Positions 27,797-38,227 are shown, numbered from the stretch's first letter. The stretch: 64,000 nt of DNA from Candidatus Multivoradales bacterium (GCA_965248055.1 CBDFIJ010000004.1:2688001-2752000), one strand, 5' to 3'. Translations and numbers: made by a program. The notes: generated by a model not told the origin, from the letters alone.

Positions 27797-28962
27797 TGAG
27801 AGTCTCCTTGGCTCGAATCCGGTTGGACAATGTCGGGACGCACGATGGCCCCGGCGTGGGTCACCAGAACCTGGCTGGTGATTTCATCGTCTAGGTCCAT
27901 GGCAAGTGGCTGTACCGTGTTTTCTTGAGTCAAGTGGAGGACGAGCGCCTCCAAGTTGCGCGCATAAAGGCGGCTGGCGTCATGGCCGACATCGGCGGCC
28001 AGATTGGAGGGCCCGATAATCGTCACTCCGTTGTGGACTGTGGTCTGTCCGGACACCGTAAGCTCGCAGTTGCCGCCTTGGGCTGCAGCGAGGTCGACAA
28101 TGACCCCACCAGGGCGCATCGACTCGACCATCTCACGGGTAATCAACAACGGGGCCCGCTTGCCCGGGACTTGTGCGGTGGCGATCACGACATCGGCCTG
28201 CGCCACCCGTTGGGCGACGATCTTGCGTTGCTCGGCGAGAAACTCAGGGGTCATTTCTTTTGCATAGCCCCCTGCGCCTTCGCCGCTTGATTCCAACTCG
28301 GGTAGATCGATAAAGCGACCGCCTAAGGATTCGACTTGCTCGCGCACCGCTTCGCGAATATCCGACACTTCAACCACTGAGCCCAACCGTTTCGCCGTAG
28401 CCAGTGCTTGCAACCCAGCAACCCCACCGCCCATAACCACAACCCGGGCAGGGGAAACTGTCCCGGCGGCGGTCATCATCAAGGGGAAGTATTGGGCCAA
28501 GGTGTTCGCTGCCAAGACTGCAGCTTTGTATCCAGCGACGCTCGCCTGGGACGAAAGAGCGTCCATAGTCTGAGCGCGGGTAATCCGTGGCACCAACTCA
28601 ACGGAAGCTGTGCTCACTCCGTCTGCGGCGAGTTGCACCAATTCTTGTTGGTGCAGGTAAGGATCCAAGAAGCCGACTAGAAGAGCACCTTGTGAAATTT
28701 TTGGCAGTACCCCATCTTTGGACCACGGCGATACCGTCAAGATGACGTCGTAGTCGAGCCACGACCCTGGGGTGACGATCTCGGCGCCAGCAGAGCGATA
28801 TTCCTGGTCTGGGTAGAAAGAGCGTTCGCCCGCCCCGGCCTCGACGTTGAGGAGGAATCCCTTCTTACGGAAACCAGCAACCGTATCCGGGGTCGCTGCG
28901 ACCCGGTTTTCGCCGTCGGTCGGAGTGGCAACTAGGATGGAGAGTGGCGATTCCGACGTCAT
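27793..28962 (-). CDS. pntAa: NAD(P) transhydrogenase alpha subunit part 1
   Basis: ENRVAATP, PRITRAQTMDALSSQA, GGGVAGL, GGYAKE and GGNCE. Confidence 0.96.
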   Translation of the reverse strand: MTSESPLSILVATPTDGENRVAATPDTVAGFRKKGFLLNVEAGAGERSFYPDQEYRSAGAEIVTPGSWLDYDVILTVSPWSKDGVLPKISQGALLVGFLDPYLHQQELVQLAADGVSTASVELVPRITRAQTMDALSSQASVAGYKAAVLAANTLAQYFPLMMTAAGTVSPARVVVMGGGVAGLQALATAKRLGSVVEVSDIREAVREQVESLGGRFIDLPELESSGEGAGGYAKEMTPEFLAEQRKIVAQRVAQADVVIATAQVPGKRAPLLITREMVESMRPGGVIVDLAAAQGGNCELTVSGQTTVHNGVTIIGPSNLAADVGHDASRLYARNLEALVLHLTQENTVQPLAMDLDDEITSQVLVTHAGAIVRPDIVQPDSSQGDSQ

Positions 28963-29076
28963 ATGCTTCTTTCGTCAAGGTCATCCTGCTTTGCTCGGGA
29001 GCTAGTGTCAAGTTTGCAGATTCGGGATTGTTTTGGCGGCTGATTGGCGCCGTTGGCGCGTGCTAAGTTGGGGGCC

Positions 29077-29811
29077 ATGACGGAAAAGGTCATCACCGCA
29101 GGCCCGGGAGTATTTGTCACCCTTGAGGGAACCGACGGCAGTGGCAAGTCGACCCAAATCAAGAGACTGCGGGAGTGGTTGGAGCAGGCGGGGATCGCTC
29201 ATACGACAACCCATGAGCCCGGTGGGACTGCGCTCGGTGAGCGCATTCGGCAGTGCTTTCTGGATGTGCCGATGGATGCGGTGGATGGCAAGTTGGAAGC
29301 GATGTTGGTATTTGCCGCCCGTCGTCATCATTTGCGACAAGTGATCCAACCGGCAGTTGCAGCAGGCCATTTGGTGCTGTGTGATCGGTTTACCGACTCG
29401 ACATTCGCCTACCAAGGATTTGGTCGAGGGGTGGTGCTCGACGAATTAATGAGCCTCGATCGGTGGGCGACCGGAAACGCCCGCCCCGACCTGACGTTGT
29501 TGTTTGACATTGGTCCAGAGGACGCTGCTGCTCGCACCCAACGGGCGGGGGCCGAACGCTCCAATAATCGCCTCGACCGAGAACACGGGGAGTTCTATCG
29601 CCGCGTTCGCGACGGCTATCGACACTTGGTGGAGGAGGATCCAGAGCGGTTTCGGGTGATTGACGCATCGGGCTCAGTTGACGAAACCAGTGAGGTGGCG
29701 ATCACGGTGTTGTCCGATTGGTTGATCGAGCGTGAATGGTCGGGGATCGACGACGTCTCGGCAGAGAGCTGGGCAAGTAGCCCCAGGGCCGATCAATCTC
29801 TCGTGGATTGA
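29077..29811 (+). CDS. tmk: Thymidylate kinase
   Basis: LEGTDGSGKSTQ, HEPGGT and CDRFTDSTFAYQG. Confidence 0.96.
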   Translation: MTEKVITAGPGVFVTLEGTDGSGKSTQIKRLREWLEQAGIAHTTTHEPGGTALGERIRQCFLDVPMDAVDGKLEAMLVFAARRHHLRQVIQPAVAAGHLVLCDRFTDSTFAYQGFGRGVVLDELMSLDRWATGNARPDLTLLFDIGPEDAAARTQRAGAERSNNRLDREHGEFYRRVRDGYRHLVEEDPERFRVIDASGSVDETSEVAITVLSDWLIEREWSGIDDVSAESWASSPRADQSLVD

Positions 29812-29830
29812 CAGAACCGAGTACCGGACA

Positions 29831-30649
29831 GTGGAGAATCTGAAGAACACCTTGGTTCCGCTCGAAAGCCTGATCGCTAGCGGCAAGCTCTATCCTTCGG
29901 TGGTCCTGCACGGCAGTACTTTGGCCGGGAGGATCGAGGCCGCGGTTCATTTGTCGCGGATGATCTTGTGCGAACATCCGAGCGAACAACGGCCCTGTGG
30001 GCTTTGCAATACCTGTACGCGGATCGCGATTGATGACAGTGAATCTTTCCACCCGGACTTTCGACCCTTAGCCCGGGATCGCCCTACGGTGACCTCAACC
30101 GCTGCGGTTCGCACTTGGATCCAAGAGGCACACCTGACGCCGTTTGAGGCTCGGGCGAAAGTGTTCGTACTGATGGAAGCGGAAACTTTGGGGGCGGATG
30201 GCGCCGACGCCTTGCTCAAAGTCCTAGAAGAGCCTCCCGGGCGAGCAGCGCGTCAATTCTTCTTACTCAGCGGCAACGACCGTGAATTGTCGGCGACGGT
30301 GCGCAGTCGTTCGATGTCGTTCTATCTGGGTGCAGACCATGGCGAGAACGACCTTGGTGAAATCAGCGAGCGGATCGAATCGGCGCTGCTTGCTTCAGGC
30401 CCAGACCTGTCAGCGAGGCTAAGCGCTGCAATACTTGCCAGCGACGATTGGAAAGATGCCCGTTCCGGGGTCGCTTGGGGCAAAGTTGCCGACGCACTGG
30501 TGCGGGTAGGTACCCAGCACGACCGCCGATGGTTGTTCGACTTGGCGGCTGATTTAGTGGAAGCTCCGCGGCTACGCATCCGCGGCATTCCCGCCCACCG
30601 TATTGTCGAGGGCAGGGTGATCGAACACATCCAAAAATGTAGTAGATGA
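29831..30649 (+). CDS. holB: DNA polymerase III delta-prime-like subunit (start uncertain)
   Basis: Zn motif C...PCGLCNTC, HPD, ALLKVLEEPP, ATVRSRS; conserved position after tmk. Confidence 0.8.
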   Translation: MENLKNTLVPLESLIASGKLYPSVVLHGSTLAGRIEAAVHLSRMILCEHPSEQRPCGLCNTCTRIAIDDSESFHPDFRPLARDRPTVTSTAAVRTWIQEAHLTPFEARAKVFVLMEAETLGADGADALLKVLEEPPGRAARQFFLLSGNDRELSATVRSRSMSFYLGADHGENDLGEISERIESALLASGPDLSARLSAAILASDDWKDARSGVAWGKVADALVRVGTQHDRRWLFDLAADLVEAPRLRIRGIPAHRIVEGRVIEHIQKCSR

Positions 30650-30732
30650 CGTAAGCTATGTGACCTGCGTGCCTGACTTTGGTTGGAGCAGAAACCATCT
30701 ACGTGTTGTTGTGGAAAAAGGGAGATAGAAGA

Positions 30733-31761
30733 ATGACCAAGAAATATGCCTGGGCAATCGCCCCGCTGATATTTTTGACTGCGATCGTGGCCTGTGCGGC
30801 TGAGGCGGCTCAGGAGGGTTCTGATAGCAACTTGGAGGTCTTGGCCAGCGTTGCAGGCACCGACATTTTGCGCTCCGAAGTTGAAGAGTCCGTCAAGGGT
30901 CAACTGATGGACCTGGATCGTCAACGCCATCAACTCCTTGAGGGTGCGCTCAAGGGCCGCATTGATCAAGCACTGATCGATGCCGAGGCCGCCGCCCGAG
31001 AAGTTTCGGTGGCGGAACTGTTGAAAGCTGAGGTCACCGACAATGTCGTGGCGGCCACGGATGAAGAAATCGACGCCTTCTACGAGCAGCGCAAGCAGCA
31101 GATGAACCAACCCAAAGAGGCGATGGTCGGTCGCATTCGCCAGCACATAGATGGCCAGAAAGCACAGCAATTGCGTGGCACTTTCTTGCGCACACTGCGC
31201 GCCAATCACTCGGTGGAGTCGTTCTTGGGCCCAATGCGTGTCGAGGTGGCTGATGCGCCCGCTCCTTCCTTTGGACCAGCCGACGCCCTGGTTACTCTGA
31301 TCGAGTTTTCTGACTTCCAGTGCCCCTACTGCAATCGTCTGGTTCCGACCATTGATCAGGTCAAGGCAGAGTACGGCGACAAAGTTCGTGTGATCTTTCG
31401 TCAGTTCCCCTTGGAGGCAATTCACGCCAACGCGCGCGGTGCCGCCGAGGCCTCTTTGTGCGCCGACGATGAAGGCAAGTTTTGGGAGTTGCATGACGCG
31501 ATGTTCGAAGACTTTCGCAACTTGTCACGAGACCGCATTATTGAGATGGGCGCAGAGTTTGGCCTCGGTGAAGCCTTCGTCGCTTGTCTCGACGACAGTC
31601 GCCATGCCGAGCGCGTAACCGCGGATATTGCGGCAGGTCGAGAAGCCGGCGTGTCCGGAACTCCGGCGATATTTGTCAACGGTCGCTTTGTTTCGGGTGC
31701 AGTGCCTTTCGAGCGTCTGGCGGCGATGATCGACGAAGAGCTCGACGCCGCCGGTGGTTGA
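30733..31761 (+). CDS. DsbA-family thioredoxin-fold lipoprotein with SurA-like N-terminus
   Basis: EFSDFQCPYC, RQFPL and GVSGTP; lipobox-like IVAC; SD GGAG upstream. Confidence 0.9.
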   Translation: MTKKYAWAIAPLIFLTAIVACAAEAAQEGSDSNLEVLASVAGTDILRSEVEESVKGQLMDLDRQRHQLLEGALKGRIDQALIDAEAAAREVSVAELLKAEVTDNVVAATDEEIDAFYEQRKQQMNQPKEAMVGRIRQHIDGQKAQQLRGTFLRTLRANHSVESFLGPMRVEVADAPAPSFGPADALVTLIEFSDFQCPYCNRLVPTIDQVKAEYGDKVRVIFRQFPLEAIHANARGAAEASLCADDEGKFWELHDAMFEDFRNLSRDRIIEMGAEFGLGEAFVACLDDSRHAERVTADIAAGREAGVSGTPAIFVNGRFVSGAVPFERLAAMIDEELDAAGG

Positions 31762-33199
31762 TCGGCCTTCGACAAGGTGTTCTGAAGGCAGCTGGCAATC
31801 AGACGCTTGGGATGCGGAAGAGTATCGACGAATACTCCACGAAGCTGCAGACCTAGTCGCTGACTATCATCAGCAAGTAGCGCAACGACCGGTTCTCTCG
31901 GAGTCGGTTCCGGGAGAGGTGTCTGCTTTGCTGACAGAGGAAGCGCCCGAACTGCCGGTTGCTTGGGATCAACTGCGCGAGCAAATCCCTGAATTGGTCT
32001 TTGCCCACAACACGCACTGGAACCATCCAGGATTCATGGCCTACTTCGGGATCACCGGGTCAGCTCCTGGGGTGGTGGGTGAGTTGCTCACCGCTGCTCT
32101 CAATGTCAACGCGATGCTTTGGCGAACTTCGCCAGTAGCGACCGAGATGGAGTTACGGGTGGTCGATTGGGTCCGGTCCTTGGTTGGACTCCCGGGCGAC
32201 TTTCGCGGCCACATCAATGACACCGCCTCGACCTCGACCTTGGTTGCTCTGGTTGCCGCGCGCCACCAAAGTGATTCTGGGGGTCGCCAACGCGGAGCTT
32301 CCTCAGGCGCAACCGTGTACTGCAGCGCTGAAGCCCATTCGTCGGTCGATAAGGCCGTGCTGGTAGCCGGGATCGGACTCGACAATCTGCGCCGGATCGA
32401 CACTGATAATCGGCGCCGCATGCGTCCAGAGGTGTTGGCCGCGGCGATCGAAAGTGATCTGGAAGCAGGGCGAGTGCCGACCATGGTGGTGGCTACCGTG
32501 GGCACCACTTCAACCACCAGCGTTGATCCGATTGACCAGATTGCCGATCTCTGCGCCCAGCACGGCGTGTGGTTGCACGTGGACGCAGCGTACGCGGGTC
32601 CGGCGGCGATTTGCCCGGAGTTTCGATTCCACTTCGAAGGCTGGCAGCGCTCCGACTCCGTGGTCCTCAATCCGCACAAGTGGATGTTTACGCCGTTAGA
32701 TTGTTCCCTGCTCTTCGTGCGCCAGGAAGAGCGTTTGTTGGAAGCGATGTCGCTCACTCCAGAGTACCTAAAAACCAGCGAGGTTGGGGTATCCCATTTG
32801 ATGGATCGAGGGTTCCAACTGGGCCGACGCTTCCGTGCCCTCAAACTGTGGATGGTGCTGCAGTCGTTTGGTGCCTCCGGAATTCGTGCGGTGATTCGTC
32901 AACATGTCAAACTTGCAACCCAGTTTGCTGCCTGGATCGAACAGGATCCACGTTTTGAGCTGACCGTTCCGGTGCCTTTTTCTACCGTTTGTTTTCGCTT
33001 GCGCGGATCGGACCAGGACAACCAAGAACTGGTCGATCAGATCAACGCCGAAGGCCGAGTGTTCTTGTCGATCACGCGGGTTGGCGGCAAGTTGGTATTG
33101 CGGGCGGCGATCAGTCAGTTGCGTACGGATCGAGCACGGGTTGAGGAGTTGCAAGAGGCGCTGGGACGGCTCTGCCAGGCGAATGGGGAAGCGGAATGA
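31754..33199 (+). CDS. Group II PLP-dependent decarboxylase (aromatic-L-amino-acid decarboxylase-like)
   Basis: THWNHPGFMAYF, AHSSVDKA, WLHVDAAYAG, NPHKW (PLP lysine) and GRRFRALKLW. Confidence 0.92.
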   Translation: MVDRPSTRCSEGSWQSDAWDAEEYRRILHEAADLVADYHQQVAQRPVLSESVPGEVSALLTEEAPELPVAWDQLREQIPELVFAHNTHWNHPGFMAYFGITGSAPGVVGELLTAALNVNAMLWRTSPVATEMELRVVDWVRSLVGLPGDFRGHINDTASTSTLVALVAARHQSDSGGRQRGASSGATVYCSAEAHSSVDKAVLVAGIGLDNLRRIDTDNRRRMRPEVLAAAIESDLEAGRVPTMVVATVGTTSTTSVDPIDQIADLCAQHGVWLHVDAAYAGPAAICPEFRFHFEGWQRSDSVVLNPHKWMFTPLDCSLLFVRQEERLLEAMSLTPEYLKTSEVGVSHLMDRGFQLGRRFRALKLWMVLQSFGASGIRAVIRQHVKLATQFAAWIEQDPRFELTVPVPFSTVCFRLRGSDQDNQELVDQINAEGRVFLSITRVGGKLVLRAAISQLRTDRARVEELQEALGRLCQANGEAE

Positions 33200-33342
33200 C
33201 CCAGCCGACAACGTCGAATAGCGGCAGGGTGAGGCGAAATGCAACTCGGCGTTGTGGATCCCATCTTTGAGCTTGCTTGCAGGCCTCGCCAGCGATACCG
33301 TCGGCTGGCGGTATATGAAATACCAAAATCGGAGCGCCGTCA

Positions 33343-33780
33343 TTGCGTAGTATTACTGTAGTTAGCGGGTACTTTAATCCCATTCATATTGGTCACGTTC
33401 GGCTGTTAGAAGCAGCCGACGCGCTGGGTGACGAGGTGATCGTCATCGTCAACAATGATCGTCAGCAGCTGCTGAAGAAGGGCAAGGTGATCATGGCGGA
33501 GGAGGAGCGTCTGGAAGTGGTGCGGGCGATCCGTTATGTGGACCAAGCGGTGCTGGCGATCGACGATGATCCCACCATCGTTCGAACGCTCGATCAGATC
33601 GCCCGAGACAACCCCGACGCACAGATCACCTTTGCCAACGGCGGCGACCGGCAGTCGGCCGACGATGTGCCCGAAACCGCAGTCTGTCAGCGCTATGGCA
33701 TTGAGATGAAGTTTGCTGTCGGTGGCAATGAGAAACTGAATTCGAGTTCCAACATCAACAAGATCCGCGGCCAGGAATAG
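33343..33780 (+). CDS. HIGH-motif cytidylyltransferase family protein
   Basis: VSGYFNPIHIGH, ERLEVV, FANGGDR and NSSS motifs. Confidence 0.88.
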   Translation: MRSITVVSGYFNPIHIGHVRLLEAADALGDEVIVIVNNDRQQLLKKGKVIMAEEERLEVVRAIRYVDQAVLAIDDDPTIVRTLDQIARDNPDAQITFANGGDRQSADDVPETAVCQRYGIEMKFAVGGNEKLNSSSNINKIRGQE

Positions 33781-33847
33781 GGTCTCACCCCAGTGGGGGT
33801 GGGTCCATGGGGTCTGCGAGCACAAACACGAAGGAGCATAGATCGCG

Positions 33848-34504
33848 GTGCGTCCGGTATTGATCACCGATTCACAGGGGGAACGGCCGATTTCCGTGAA
33901 TCGGCTCCGTTCCCTGCACCATCAGCTTGACTGGGGTAGATGGGAAGTTGAAATCGGCTTCGGTAAAGGCAGGTTCTTGGTCGATGAAGCGCAGCGCCGG
34001 GCGGACGGTCATTTTCTGGGTATTGAGATGGCGGCAAAGTACTACCGACTGGTGTGCGATCGCGCTCAACGTCGAGGGCTCGATAATGTGTGCTTACTGT
34101 GTGGTGAGGCGACCTATGTCTTGGCGAGCTTGTTGCCGCAGGGCTTTGCGGATCGGGTGCATGTCTACTTTCCCGATCCTTGGCCCAAAGATCGCCACAG
34201 CAAGCGTCGACTGATGGACGCGGATGCCGTCGATTTGGTGCTGTCCTTGCTCAAGCCCCAAGGCGAGTTGTTGTTTGCCAGTGATCACCCGGCATATGGA
34301 GAACAAGTAGACGCTCTCTTGCGAAGCCATCCGTCGTTGGAAGTAGAGTCGGTGGATGGCTGGCCGGGCGGTCCGCGCACCAACTACGAGGCGAAATTCG
34401 TCGATCAGGGAAAACCGATCGTGCGCTTGATCTGCAAGCTAGTCTCGCCAGTCGTGCAGCATCCGTGGGGCGCGCCTTTGGCAGCCGCGTCGGGGGCCGT
34501 GTGA
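33848..34504 (+). CDS. trmB: tRNA (guanine-N7)-methyltransferase
   Basis: EIGFGKG, GIE, FPDPWPKDRHSKRR, ASDH and TNYEAK. Confidence 0.93.
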   Translation: MRPVLITDSQGERPISVNRLRSLHHQLDWGRWEVEIGFGKGRFLVDEAQRRADGHFLGIEMAAKYYRLVCDRAQRRGLDNVCLLCGEATYVLASLLPQGFADRVHVYFPDPWPKDRHSKRRLMDADAVDLVLSLLKPQGELLFASDHPAYGEQVDALLRSHPSLEVESVDGWPGGPRTNYEAKFVDQGKPIVRLICKLVSPVVQHPWGAPLAAASGAV

Positions 34505-34513
34505 GACATACAA

Positions 34514-36247
34514 TTGCTTAGACCACTCTTTGGTTACCTGCTCAGACACCCGCTTAAGTTGGCAGTGGGGATCACCGCGATCGTGTTCTCGGTTGGCGTG
34601 GGACTGCTGTCGCCCAGGGTGATCGGCAAAGCTGTGGACAGCTTGACCGGGGGTTTCGATTCGCAGGTGATCTTGCGCTACGTTGTGGCGCTGGTCGTCA
34701 TTACGCTGGTGCAAGGGTTGTTCAACTTTTCTCAGAGATGGGTCTTAGTCGGACTCAGCCGTGACGTTGAGTACGAGATTCGCGAAGATTACTTTGCGGC
34801 GCTGATTCGCCAGCCACAGAGTTTCTACCATCGGTCATATACCGGGGATCTGATGGCGCGGGCGACCAATGACCTAGCTGCGGTGCGGATGGTCTGTGGT
34901 CCGGCGATCATGTACAGCACCAGCACCTTGCTAACCGCGATCGGGGCCGGAACCTTGATGTTCAATATTCATCCTGGGTTGACTTTGTGGGCCCTCTCTC
35001 CATTGCCTTTTGTCGCGTTGGTGACCCGGCTGGTAGGGCGACGAATTCACGACTTGTTCGCCCGAGTCCAAGAGCAGTTTTCTGCTATGTCCACTTTGGT
35101 GCAAGAAAACCTCGGTGGGGTTCGTGTGCTGCGCGCTTATGCTCGCGAGCAATCGGAAATCGTGGCCTTCGAAAAGAGCAACACCGAGTATTTGGGTCGT
35201 CAACGCCAACTGATTCGCTGGAACGCTGCCTTTCACCCGGTTCTTCAATTGTTAGTCGGCCTTGGCTTTGCCTTAGTTCTATGGCGGGGCGTCGATTTGG
35301 TCCGAGCCGGCGAAATGACCGTTGGTCAATTGGTCAGTTTCCATTTCTTCTTCGCTCTGCTGGTGTGGCCGATGATCGCAATCGGCTGGGTGATCAATAT
35401 GGTTGAGCGTGGGCGGGCGTCGATGCGCCGAATTCAAGAAATCATAGAAACCAAGGCTGAGATTTTCGATCGAGCTAGGGCAAAGAATTGGGGGCTGGTA
35501 CAAGGGGAGCTGGAGTTTCGTTCGCTCAGGTTTGCCTATCAAGATGAGACCCCGATGCTGAAAGACATTTCGCTCTCGATCTCGACCGGCTCAACAGTGG
35601 CGGTGGTTGGTGCGACTGGAAGTGGCAAGAGCACCTTGCTCAATCTGATTTCTCGCACCTTTGAGCCGGCCGAAGGAATGGTCTTTCTCGACGGCCACGA
35701 CGTCCTGGATTGGCAACTGGAAGCACTCCGCCGTAGCGTGGCGGTGGTGCCGCAAGAGAGCTTTTTATTTTCCTCTTCGGTTCGCGCAAACATTCTCTGG
35801 GGCGCCCCAGACGCTCCATCTTCTGCTCTTGATGAGGCGGTCGAAATCGCTGGATTGCTCCCCGACCTGGAGCGGCTTCCTCAAGGCTTGGAGACCCGAA
35901 TCGGAGAGCGTGGTGTCACCTTATCCGGTGGCCAGCGGCAGCGGGTTGCGATTGCCCGGGCAGTGCTACGTCAGGGGCGAATTCTGTTGTTAGACGACTG
36001 CTTGTCGGCGGTGGATAGCGAGACCGAGTCGAGAATCCTGCGTCGGTTGACGCAACACTTCGAGGGCCGCACCGTGCTGATCGTTTCGCATCGAGTGACC
36101 GCGGCTCAGACCGCCGATCTGGTGGTGGTTCTCGACCAAGGCAGGATTGTGGAACGCGGAACTCCAGACGACCTAATGCACTCTGGCGGTTTGTACTCGG
36201 ACTTGTATCGGCGACAACAGTTGGAGCGCGAGCTACGGGCTGTTTAA
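34514..36247 (+). CDS. ABC exporter half-transporter (MdlA-like; TMD+NBD)
   Basis: TGDLMARATND, GATGSGKS, LSGGQRQR and degenerate Walker B LLDDCLSAVD. Confidence 0.93.
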   Translation: MLRPLFGYLLRHPLKLAVGITAIVFSVGVGLLSPRVIGKAVDSLTGGFDSQVILRYVVALVVITLVQGLFNFSQRWVLVGLSRDVEYEIREDYFAALIRQPQSFYHRSYTGDLMARATNDLAAVRMVCGPAIMYSTSTLLTAIGAGTLMFNIHPGLTLWALSPLPFVALVTRLVGRRIHDLFARVQEQFSAMSTLVQENLGGVRVLRAYAREQSEIVAFEKSNTEYLGRQRQLIRWNAAFHPVLQLLVGLGFALVLWRGVDLVRAGEMTVGQLVSFHFFFALLVWPMIAIGWVINMVERGRASMRRIQEIIETKAEIFDRARAKNWGLVQGELEFRSLRFAYQDETPMLKDISLSISTGSTVAVVGATGSGKSTLLNLISRTFEPAEGMVFLDGHDVLDWQLEALRRSVAVVPQESFLFSSSVRANILWGAPDAPSSALDEAVEIAGLLPDLERLPQGLETRIGERGVTLSGGQRQRVAIARAVLRQGRILLLDDCLSAVDSETESRILRRLTQHFEGRTVLIVSHRVTAAQTADLVVVLDQGRIVERGTPDDLMHSGGLYSDLYRRQQLERELRAV

Positions 36248-36249
36248 TC

Positions 36250-36277
36250 GGGGACACAATACTTGGATTGTGTCCCC
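36250..36277. terminator. Hairpin between convergent genes (probable terminator, no U-tract)
   Basis: Perfect 11-bp stem GGGGACACAAT-ACTTGG-ATTGTGTCCCC. Confidence 0.6.
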
Positions 36278-36287
36278 TCCATTGCCT

Positions 36288-37490
36288 CTAAGAGACCGCG
36301 GCGACGTCTAGCTCGACTTGGGCTTGCACCGCATCTATGCTCGCGCGATCGGCGTAGACACGGACCCGATCAATCCTCTCTAAATGGCGAATGAAGTGAC
36401 TCGCTTCACCCATCGAACGAAGCTCTCCGTTGGGCTGGCGTACCCAAATCGGCTGCTCGTCGAGTCGGTGTGGGTCTTTGGAGGCGTAAGAGACCATTAC
36501 CCGATTGGAACCAAATTGAGCTTCCCAGGAACTACCCAAGGCACGGAGTTGTTTTGCTGCGGTCGAGGTTAGATGTTCTTTCGACTCCCAGACTAAGGGA
36601 AATTGCTGGCGTTGAATGATTGTGGCTGCGTGCGGATGATCGCTTTGGCGCATTCGGTGCAGAGTCGAGACATCGTCGTGGTTCAAGAATTGATCTGGCT
36701 GAGTGGGCCAGCGTCGCTCTGGGTTGGCGCTCAACCAACGGTGGAAATGAAGTTCCAGGGCTTTGCCAACTAGGTTGAAATAGACCTGAGTGAACATGTA
36801 GTAGCGGGCCATCACCAGAGCTTCCAGCGCGTGGACCCCACCTTCTTCAACCCCGATTCCCCAACCACCGGTGGTTGGATCTTCAATTGCTTCGACGGTC
36901 TCCAACAGGCGATCCAGATCGTAGCTGCCGTAGCGAACCCCGCAATACAAACTGTCTCGGAGCAGATAGTCCATCTTGTCGACGTCAAGCTCGCCAGCGA
37001 CAATTTTGGAGAGCAGTTGGTCCAGGGGGTCGCTGGGGCCGGAGAGAATTAGCGCCACCTCTTGAGCGGTGATTCCGTCGCCAAAGCGGTCGAAGATCTC
37101 AACGATTTCGTCGCTGGCGATCAGCCTCTGAGTCATTTGCTCGTGATCAATCGGCTCACTAAAAAGATCCTCCGCCGAGTGACTGAACGGTGCGTGTCCG
37201 ATATCGTGCAGCAGCGCTGCTGCGCGCAGAACTCGGCGATGCCGAGATTCAATGCCGCTCTCCAGCAAATGAGGATGTTTGAGAGCTAGGCGGTCATAGA
37301 CCCGACCCGCGAGATGCATAGTGCCGAGAACGTGACTAAATCGACTGTGCTCAGCGCCGGGAAAGACCAAGAACGCGAAGCCGAGCTGATGAACAAAACG
37401 CAGCCGCTGCACTGGGCGACTGTTGATCAGTGCGGTCTCCAGGGGGTCGGCGTGGATAAAGCCGTGGAGTGGATCTCGAAAGGAGCGCAC
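36288..37490 (-). CDS. HD-domain phosphohydrolase (SAMHD1/dNTPase-like family)
   Basis: DPLHGFI, QRLRFVHQLG, HSRFSHVLG, LLHDIGHAPFSH and DVDKMDYLLRD. Confidence 0.9.
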   Translation of the reverse strand: MRSFRDPLHGFIHADPLETALINSRPVQRLRFVHQLGFAFLVFPGAEHSRFSHVLGTMHLAGRVYDRLALKHPHLLESGIESRHRRVLRAAALLHDIGHAPFSHSAEDLFSEPIDHEQMTQRLIASDEIVEIFDRFGDGITAQEVALILSGPSDPLDQLLSKIVAGELDVDKMDYLLRDSLYCGVRYGSYDLDRLLETVEAIEDPTTGGWGIGVEEGGVHALEALVMARYYMFTQVYFNLVGKALELHFHRWLSANPERRWPTQPDQFLNHDDVSTLHRMRQSDHPHAATIIQRQQFPLVWESKEHLTSTAAKQLRALGSSWEAQFGSNRVMVSYASKDPHRLDEQPIWVRQPNGELRSMGEASHFIRHLERIDRVRVYADRASIDAVQAQVELDVAAVS

Positions 37491-37502
37491 GAACCGGTGA
37501 TG

Positions 37503-38090
37503 TTAGCAATCCAAGTCGAGGTCTGACACCACCTCGATTTCTGCTTCGGCCAAGATCTCCAAGGATTGTGGACTCCAGCACTGCCAGCGAGGAAGTTGTT
37601 GTGTTGGTGGCGCGGGGATTTCGGTGATCTTTGCCAAGCTCGAAAGCTCGATGTTCTGGGACAAGCTGCGCAAGGGAAGCAACCAAAACCAGCGTTGATC
37701 CAACTGAGGATGGGGAAGAGCTAACTCTGGCCGATCAGAAGTGACGCAGCCGTAGAGCAACAAATCGCAGTCGATTGCTCTTGGCGCATTGCGCAGCGCT
37801 TGGCGTCGGCCGGTCGCTTTTTCGATCGCTTTGAACGCCGCGAGCAAGTCCTCGGGAGGAAGTCGACTCAGGCCGACCATCACCGCGTTGAGAAAATTGT
37901 TGGATCCTGGGGGACAATCTACTGGCTCACTGTCCACCGGTTGTGAAATTTTCGGCAGCAACAGATGCCGGGCAATATTTTTGGCGGCTCGCGCCAAGTG
38001 CTGCTCGGTATTTCCGATATTGCTGCCAAGTCCAATGGCGACGCGCTGCCAACGGTGGCCAAATTCGCCGACAATTTTCGACCGATCCAT
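37503..38090 (-). CDS. folK: 2-amino-4-hydroxy-6-hydroxymethyldihydropteridine diphosphokinase
   Basis: IGLGSNIG, FLNAV, PRAIDCDLL and LPHP..QRWF. Confidence 0.92.
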   Translation of the reverse strand: MDRSKIVGEFGHRWQRVAIGLGSNIGNTEQHLARAAKNIARHLLLPKISQPVDSEPVDCPPGSNNFLNAVMVGLSRLPPEDLLAAFKAIEKATGRRQALRNAPRAIDCDLLLYGCVTSDRPELALPHPQLDQRWFWLLPLRSLSQNIELSSLAKITEIPAPPTQQLPRWQCWSPQSLEILAEAEIEVVSDLDLDC

Positions 38091-38227
38091 CGATCCAAGC
38101 TAGCATGAATCGGGCACCCGTCTGACGACCAAAGAGGGGAGCGTTGGAAGATCGCATGGTAAAGTTAACGTTTGGCGACCGACTCGCTCGTCGGGCGTCG
38201 AACGACTTCGACGCATCTCAATTCGTA

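Noticed and set aside
30322-31494. 390-aa minus-strand ORF
   Set aside because: Antisense shadow of dsbA/holB, expected from codon bias.
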